Origin: the human T2T-CHM13v2.0 reference genome, Homo sapiens
Assembly (NCBI GenBank): GCA_009914755.4
Contig: CP068257.2
Location: 320,001 to 384,000 of the forward strand
Length of the DNA stretch: 64,000 nt
Direction: 5' to 3'
In this document: positions 56,882-64,000 of the stretch, in pieces
Numbering within the stretch: the stretch's first letter is position 1
Layout: every line of letters begins with the position of its first letter
The notes under the pieces: generated by a model
Database searches by the model: none
What the model saw: only the letters and a program-made list of their open reading frames with translations
What the model was told of the DNA's origin: nothing
Program-made: the position numbers and the translations under genes

Positions 56882-57405
56882 GGGATCTTTGGGGTGTTAC
56901 TTTTCTGGACAGAAACCTCTATGGCTGGTGGCACCTTTGCCCGAGCTTTGCTGGGCCCTGCACACTCAGCCTGGCAGGCTGTGCTCAGCTCATGCTACCA
57001 CGTTGGATCCCATGCCTGCCAAGGGAGACTGCGTGGAGTGGCAAGGGGTGTGTGAGTGAGCATGGGGTCTGGCCACTGTGCAGTCAGATCTGCTGGCTGC
57101 TGCAGTGGGGCAGGTGGCTCCAAGTGCCAACACGGGCGCCAGCTCTCCACAAGGCTGTGGCTGGACCACGGGCACCTCAACCAGCTTCCATAGCTGGCAC
57201 ACTGGGAACACAGTGGCACCCAGAATCTTGGAGATATCAGGAACCAAAGGGCCCCAAAGAAGGACCTGGCTCGGGAAGCTCCCAGGTCTGGGCTCCCCAA
57301 AGGGCCACAGCTCTTCTTTCCTTCTCTTTGCCCACAATGTGGTGAGCAAGGGGCATGTCTCAGCCCTGTTTGTGTTACAGCTCTTTCAGCCTCTTCCCTA
57401 GGATT
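56882..57405. repeat. GC-rich segment B' (inverted homologue of 33735-34278)
   Basis: See 33735-34278; nucleotide-level parallels e.g. caaggggcatgtctcagccctgtttgtgttacagctctttcagcc vs reverse complement of 33735-33780 (caaggggtgcgtttcagccctgtttatgttacacctctttcagcc). Confidence 0.55.
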
Positions 57406-58590
57406 TGTCATAATTAATTCCCATATCATCTTATTTTTTACATGTGTTTGAACTTCAGAAGATGTATGGATCTAAACACAACATGATGTGTTAGCTAGCT
57501 GCCATATGAGCTTCTCCCTGTTTCACCACTATGTAGCCTAAAGTTATTCCGTCATCCATGACTATCCTGTCTAAAGAGTCTGAAGATCTTTATTTGGTAG
57601 CTATGGCTTCAGCTAGTTCATTTGCTAAGTTACCTAGAGTGGTTGACAGATTTCTAATTATACGTTCATGAGAGGTTACTCCCCACCATTGCAAGAGACT
57701 TCTGCCAAACATAGGCCAAAATTCATCTCCTTGGTTTGCAGGTACAGTTTGTCTAATCCTGGAAAATAATTTCAATGAACTACTTCAGCGTTCAGAAACA
57801 TTGGAGTTATAAATAGAAAGAGGAAGAGCCACATAACCTAATAGACAATTACCTCTCATATGCCAGTGGTCAACACATTCATAAGCCCATGTGTGCTTGA
57901 TCCAGGGACCACACAGGGTCCCTGATGGATTCTGAAATTTAAGGCTTTGGATTACTGGTAACAGAGACATGTTAAAGTACATGTCTTCAGTCTTGAGTAG
58001 AGTGTAATCAGTCTGATTTCTTTTTTTTTTAACGAGACAAACATGAGGTAAAGACCTTGACAAGAAGGAAGAGAAATCCCGAGATTCTATAATCATAATA
58101 ATCGAATTGTAATTGCTAGTTTAAGTAGTCCTTCAAAAATACATCTCATTCCTGACAGGATAAAACAAGTTTTATAAAATATATTATATCTGGGTTCACT
58201 AGGGAACACTTGGAGCCAGGAAATAATTCAGGATTCAGACCAAATTATAGGCAAATAATAAAAACTCAGAAAAAATGATCAGGGCTGGAATCTAATAGCA
58301 TATGTCACAGTTTTCTTTTGGAACATAAATTTTCTCTCTCTAGTCCATCATTTTATCAAAGACAAATCATAGTAGGACAAATTTCTGTGCAAAATAAGTT
58401 TTAGTCTTATCATACCTGGCCTGATTATTTGCATAAAGTGCAGCAAGAATATGTATTGACCATATAGGCTTCTTAAAATTGGCTTTGTTGGAACTATTTA
58501 ATAAGGAATCTTAGACTTTTAAAAGCCTTGAGACTAGCCAAGTCAAAGATTTGCATCATACTGTGTCTGTAATACTTTTTTTAACCTACT

Positions 58591-61500
58591 TTTTTTTTAT
58601 TATACTTTAAGTTGTGGGGTACACGTGCAGAATGCACAGGTTTGTTACATAGGTATACATGTGCTGTGGTGGTTTGCTGCACCCATCAACCCATCACCTA
58701 TATTAGGTATTTGTCCTAATGCTTTCCCTCCCCCCGCCCCCACCCCCCAACACGCCCCAGTGTGTGATGTTCCCCTCCCTGTGTCCTTGTGTTCTCGTTG
58801 TTCAACTCCCACTTATGAGTGAGAACATGTGGTGTTTTGTTTTCTGTTCTTGTGTTAGTTTGCTGAGAATGACGGTTTCCAGCTTCATCCATGTCCCTAC
58901 AAAGGACATGAACTCATCCTTTTTTATGGCTGCATAGTATTCTATGGTGTATATGTGCCACATTTTCTTTATCCAGTCTATAATTGATGGGCATTTGGGT
59001 TGGTTCCAAGTCTTTGTTATTGTGAACAGTCCTGCAATAAACATACGTGTGCATTTGTCTTTATGGTAGAATGATTTATAATCCTTTGGGTATATACCCA
59101 GTAATGGGATTGCTGGGCCAAATGGTATTTCTAGTCCTAGATCCTTGAGGAATAGCCACACTGTCTTCCACAATGGTTGAACTAATTTACACTCCCACCA
59201 ACAGTGTAAAAGCATTCCTATTTCTCCACACCCTCTCCAGTATCTGTTATTTCCTGACTTTTTAATGATCACCATTCTAACTGGCATGAGATGGTATCTC
59301 ATTGTGGTTTTGATTTGCATTTCTCTAATGACTAGTCATGATGAGCTTTTTTTCATATGTTTGTTGGTTGCATAATTGTCCTCTTTTAAGAAGTGTCTGT
59401 TCACATCCTTTGCCCACTTTTTGATGGGATTGTTCTTTCTTGTAAATTTGTTTAAGTTCTTTGTAGATTCTGGATATTAGCCCTTTGTCAGATGGATAGA
59501 TTGCAAAAATTTTCTCCCATTTTGGAGGTTGCTCGTTCACTCTCACAGTTTCTTTTGCTTTCCAGAAGCGCTTTAGTTTAATTAGGTCCCATTTGTCAAT
59601 TTTGTTTTTTTGTCATTGTTTTTGGTGCTTTAGTCATGAAGTCTTTGCCCATGCCTACGTCCTGAATGGTATTGCCTAGGTTTTCCTCTAGGGTTTTTAT
59701 GGCTTTAGGTATTAAGTTTAAGTCTTTAATCCATCTTGAGTTAATTTTTATATAAGGTGTACGGAAGGGATCCAGTTTCAGCTTTCTGCCTAAGGCTAGC
59801 CAGTTTTCCCAACACCATTTATTAAATAAGGAATCCTTTACCCAGTGCTTGTTTTTCTCAGGTTTGTCAAAGATCAGATGGTTGTAGATATGTGGTGTTG
59901 TTTCTGAGGGTTCTGTTCTGTTCCTTTGATCTATATATCTGTTTTGGTACCAGTACCATGCTGTTTTGGTTACCGTTGCCTTGTAGTATAGTTTGAAGTC
60001 AGGTAGCATGATGCTTCCAGCTTTGTTCTTTTTGCTTAGGATTGTCTTGGCTATTCGGGCTCTTTTTTGATTCCATATGAAATTTAAAATATATTTTTCC
60101 AATTCCGTGGAGAAAGTCAATGGTAGTTTAATGGGGATAGCAGTGAATCTATAAATTTCTTTGGGTAGTATGGCCATTTTCATGATATTGATTCTTCCTA
60201 TCAATGAGCATGGAGTGTTTTTCCATTTGTTTGTGTCCTCTCTTTTTCCTTGAGGAGTGGTTTGTAGTTCTCCTTGAAGAGGTCCTTCACATCATTGTAA
60301 GTTGTATTCCTAGGTATTTCATTCTTGTTGTAGCAATGGCGAATGGGAGTTCACTCATAGTTTGGCTCTCTGTTTGTCTGTTATTGGTGAATAAGAAAGC
60401 TTGTGATTTTTGCACATTGATTTTGTATCCTGAAACTTTGCTGAAGTTGCTTATCAGCTTAAGGAAATTTTGGGCTGAGACGATGGGGTTTTCTAAATAT
60501 ATAATCATGTCATCTGCAAACAGAGACAATTTGACTTCTTCTTTTCCTAATTGAATACGCTTTATTTCTTTCTCTTGCCTGATTACCCTGGCCAGAGCTT
60601 CCAACACTATGTGGAATAGGAGTAGTGAGAGAGGGCATCCTTGTCTTGTGCTGATTTTCAAAGGGAGTGCTTCCAGTTTTTGCACATTCAGTATGTTATT
60701 GGCTGTGAGTTTGTCATAAATAGCACTTAATATTTTGAGATATGTTCCATCGATACCAGTTTATTCAGAGTTTTTAGCACGAAGGGCTGTTGAATTTTGT
60801 CAAAGGCCTTTTCTGCATCTATTGAGATAATCATGTAGTTTTTGTCATTGATTCCGTTTATATGATGGATTACATTTATTGATTTGCATGTTGAACCAGC
60901 CTTGCATCCCAGGGATGAAGTCAACTTGGTCATGGTGGACAAGATTTTTGATGTGCTGCTGGATTCAGTTTTCCAGTATTTTATTCAGGATTTCTGCATT
61001 GATGTTCATCAGGGCTATTGGCCTAAAATTTTCTTTTTTTGTTGTGTCCTTGCCAGGTTTTGGTATCAAGATGATCCTGGCCTCATAAAATGAATTAGGG
61101 AGGATTCTTTCTTTTTCTATTGTTTGGAATAGTTTCAGAAGGAATGGTACCAGCTCCTCTTTGTACCTCTGGTAGAATTTGGCTGTGAATCCGTCTGGTC
61201 CTGGATTTTTTTTCGTTGGTAGGCTATTGATTAATGCCTCAATTTCAGAACTTGTTATTGGTCTTTTCAGGAATTTGACTTCTTCCTGGTTTAGTCTTGG
61301 TAGAATTCTCTGATGATAATTTGTATTTCTGTGGGACCAGTGGTGATATCCCCTTAATCATTTTTTATTGCATCTATTTGATTCTTCTCTCTTTTCTTCT
61401 TTACTAGTCTGGCAAGTAGTCTGTTTTGTTGATCTTTTCAAAAAACCGGCTCCTGGATTCATTGATTTTTTGAAGAGTTTTTCGTGTCTCTATCTCCTTC

Positions 61501-64000
61501 AATTCTGCTCTGATCTTATTTATGTCTTGCCTTCTGCTAGCTTTTGAATTTACTTGTTCTTGCTTCTCTAGCTCTTTTAATTTTGATGTTAAGGTGTCAA
61601 TTTTAGATCTTTCCTGCTTTCTCTTGTGGGCATTTAGTGCTATAAATTTCCCTCTACACACTGCTTTAAAAGTGTCCCAGGGATTCTGGTACGTTGTGTC
61701 TTGGTTCTCATTGGTTTTGAAGAACATCTTTATTTCTGCCTTCATTTCGTTATTTACCCAGTAGTCATTCAGGAGCAGGTTGCCCAGTTTCCATGTAGTT
61801 GTGAGGTTTTGAGTGAGTTTCTTAATCCTGTATACTAATTTGAATACATTGTGGTCTGAGAGACTGTTTGTTATGATTTCCATTATTTTGCATTTCCTGA
61901 GGAGTGTTTTACTTCCAATTATGTGGTCAATTTTAGAATAAGTGCAATGTGGTGCTGAGAAGAAGGTACATTCTGTTGATTTGGGGTGGAGAGTTCTGTA
62001 GATATCTTTTAGGTCCACTTGGTCCAGAGCTGAGTTCAAGTCCTGGATATTCTTGTTAATTTTCTGTCTCATCTATCTAATATTGACAGTGGAGTGTTAA
62101 AGTCTCCCACTATTATTGTGTGGGAGTCTAAGTCTCTTTGTAGGTCTTTAAGAACTTGCTTTATGAATCTGAGTGCTCCTGTATTGGGTGCATATATGTC
62201 TAGGATAGTTAGCCCTTCTTGTTGCATTGATCCCTTTACCATTATGTAATGCCCTTCTTTGTCTCTTTTTATCTTTGTTGGCTTAAGATCTGTTTTATCA
62301 GAAACTAGGATTGCAACCCCTGCTTTTTGTTGCTTTCCACTTGCTTGTTAAATGTTCCTTCATCCCTTTATTTTGAGCCTATTTGTATGAGATGGGTCTC
62401 CTGAATACAGCACATTGATGGGTCTTGACTCTTTATCCAATTTGCCAGTCTGTGTCTTTCAATTGGGGGCATTTAGCTCATTTACATTTAAGGTTAATAT
62501 TGTTATGTGTGAATTTGATCCTGTCATTATGATACTAGGTGGTAATTTTGCTCATTAGTTGATGCAGTTTTTTCATAGTGTCAATTGTCTTTATAATTTG
62601 GTATGTTTTTGCAGTGGCTGTTACCAGTTGTTCCTTTCCATGTTTAGTGCTTCCTTCAGAAGTTCTTGTAAGGCAGGCCTGGTGGTGACAATATCTCTCA
62701 GCATTTGCTTGAAAAGGATTTTATTTCTCCTTCAATTATGAAGCTTAGTTTGGCTGGATATGAAATTCTGGCTTGAAAATTCTTTTCTTTAGGAATGTTG
62801 TATATTGGCCCCCACTCTCTTCTGGCTTGTAGGCTTTCTGCCAAGAGATCCACTGTTAGTCTGATGGGCTTCCCTTTGTGGGTAACTCAACCTTTCTCTC
62901 TGGCTGCCCTTATTATTTTTTCCCTCATTTCAACCTTGGTGAATCTGATGACTTTGTGTCTTGGGGTTGCTCTTCTTGAGGAGTATCTTAGTGGCGTTCT
63001 CTGTATTTCCTGAATTTGAATGTTGGCCTGTCTTCCTGGGTTGGGGAATTTCTCCTGGATAATATCCTTAAGAATGTTTTCCAACTTGGTTCCATTCTCT
63101 CTGTCACTTTCAGGTACACCAATCAAACATAGACTCAGTGTTTTAACATAGTCCTCTATTTCTTGGAGGCTTTGTTCATTTCTTTTCACTCTTTTTTCTC
63201 TAATCTTGTCTTCTTGCTTAATTTCTTTGAGTTGATCTTCAATCTGTGATATCCTTTCTCCTGCTTGATTGATTCAGCTATTGATACTTGTGTATGCTTC
63301 ATGAAGTTCTTGTGCTGGGTTTTTCAGCTCCATCAGGTCATTTATATTCTTCTCTAAACTGGTTATTCTAGTTAACAATTCGTCTAACTTTTTTTTTCAG
63401 GCTCTTAGCTTCCTTGCATTGGGTTAGAACATGCTCCTTTAGCTCGGAGGAGTTTGTTATTACCCGCCTTCTGAAGCCTACTTCTGTCAATTCGTCAAAC
63501 TCATTGTCTGTCCAGTTTTGTTCCCTTGCTGGCGGGGAGTTGTGATCTTCTGGAGGAGAAGAGGCATTCTGGCTTTTGGAGTTTTCAGCCTTTTTGCACT
63601 GGTTTCTCCCCATCTTTGTGGATTTATCTACCTTTGGTCTTTGATGTTGGTGGTGTTGATACTATTCCTTTATGTTTGTTAGTTTTCCTTCTAACAGTCA
63701 GGTCCCTCTGCTGCAGGTTTGCTCGAGTTTGCTGGAGGTCCACTCCAGACCTGTTTGCCTGGGTGTCACCAGTGGAGGCTCAGTTGGAAATGCATGAACC
63801 ACCTGCCTTCTGTGTTGATCTCACTGGGTGCTGCAGGCCGGAGCTGTTCCTATTCAGACATCTTGCCAGCTCTCCCGTAATACTTTTATGAATGGGTGTA
63901 GTCCTCTCTTCTCAAGGTCCCCAAATATCTTGAGGTTCCTGGGCCCGTCAGAAAGTGACATTCTTTACTTCTTACCACAAGGACAGCAAATTTGTAAAGG
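58591..64000 (-). mobile_element. LINE-1 (older L1PA, L1PA7/8-like by ORF1 N-terminus) on minus strand: 3'UTR, disrupted ORF2, ORF1 and the beginning of the 5'UTR; continues beyond the window end
   Basis: 3' end as reverse complement (ttttttttattatactttaagttgtggggtacacgtgcagaatgcacaggtttgttacataggtatacatgtgc...); minus-strand ORF2 fragments 58802..59320, 59596..60204, 60287..60685, 61404..62072; ORF1 fragments 62887..63189 and 63368..63613 (MGRNQCKKAENSKSQNASSPPEDHNSPPAREQNWTDNEFDELTEVGFRRRVITNSSELKEHVLTQCKEAKSLKKKV). Confidence 0.88.

Overview
This window is primate (almost certainly human) nuclear DNA and is dominated by interspersed and tandem repeats. It is not a prokaryotic or accessory-genome locus, and I found no cellular protein-coding gene I can support. 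Almost every ORF of 60 aa or more in the supplied track lies inside an Alu, L1, LTR or satellite; these are repeat-encoded or periodicity artefacts.

What the sequence shows:
- At least 21 Alu elements, several with target-site duplications.
- Five or more LINE-1 copies: one full-length but ORF-disrupted L1PA (35608-41830, + strand), one older L1PA running off the right edge (58591-64000, - strand), one L1 with a twin-priming-type 5' inversion (2449-4053), and several ancient L1M-type fragments.
- A Tigger1 DNA transposon pierced by two Alus, and several MaLR/MLT1-type LTRs.
- A heterogeneous tandem-repeat zone at 4.0-14.7 kb. It contains a roughly 4.1-kb array of a 48-bp satellite (about 85 units, CER/D22Z3-like by unit length), a complex array of 650-800 bp units with internal inverted sub-repeats, and a roughly 20-bp minisatellite.
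- Further minisatellites: 62 bp x10 inside an L1 ORF2, 35/36 bp x about 26, and 62 bp x4 with poly-G tracts.

The most interesting structure I can support is a complete retroviral insertion signature. Two homologous LTRs in direct orientation lie 13.6 kb apart (32404-32879 and 46133-46527). Both start TGTT and end AACA, and identical 4-bp GAAC sits on both outer flanks. A PBS with 17/18 match to the tRNA-Leu(CAG) 3' end follows the 5' LTR after a 2-nt spacer, and a purine tract sits immediately before the 3' LTR. The provirus interior has since been colonised by the 6.2-kb L1PA, four Alus and a minisatellite. A second LTR-like unit with its own TATA box, AATAAA and PBS-like site sits directly downstream.

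A CpG-rich promoter-like island at about 49.9-50.4 kb carries ETS, YY1 and ZNF143-like motifs and a Kozak ATG. It may mark an unannotated transcript start. I cannot assign it to any gene from sequence alone.

I worked by eye with no alignment tools. Coordinates of repeat boundaries are approximate to about 10-20 bp unless I state exact positions.
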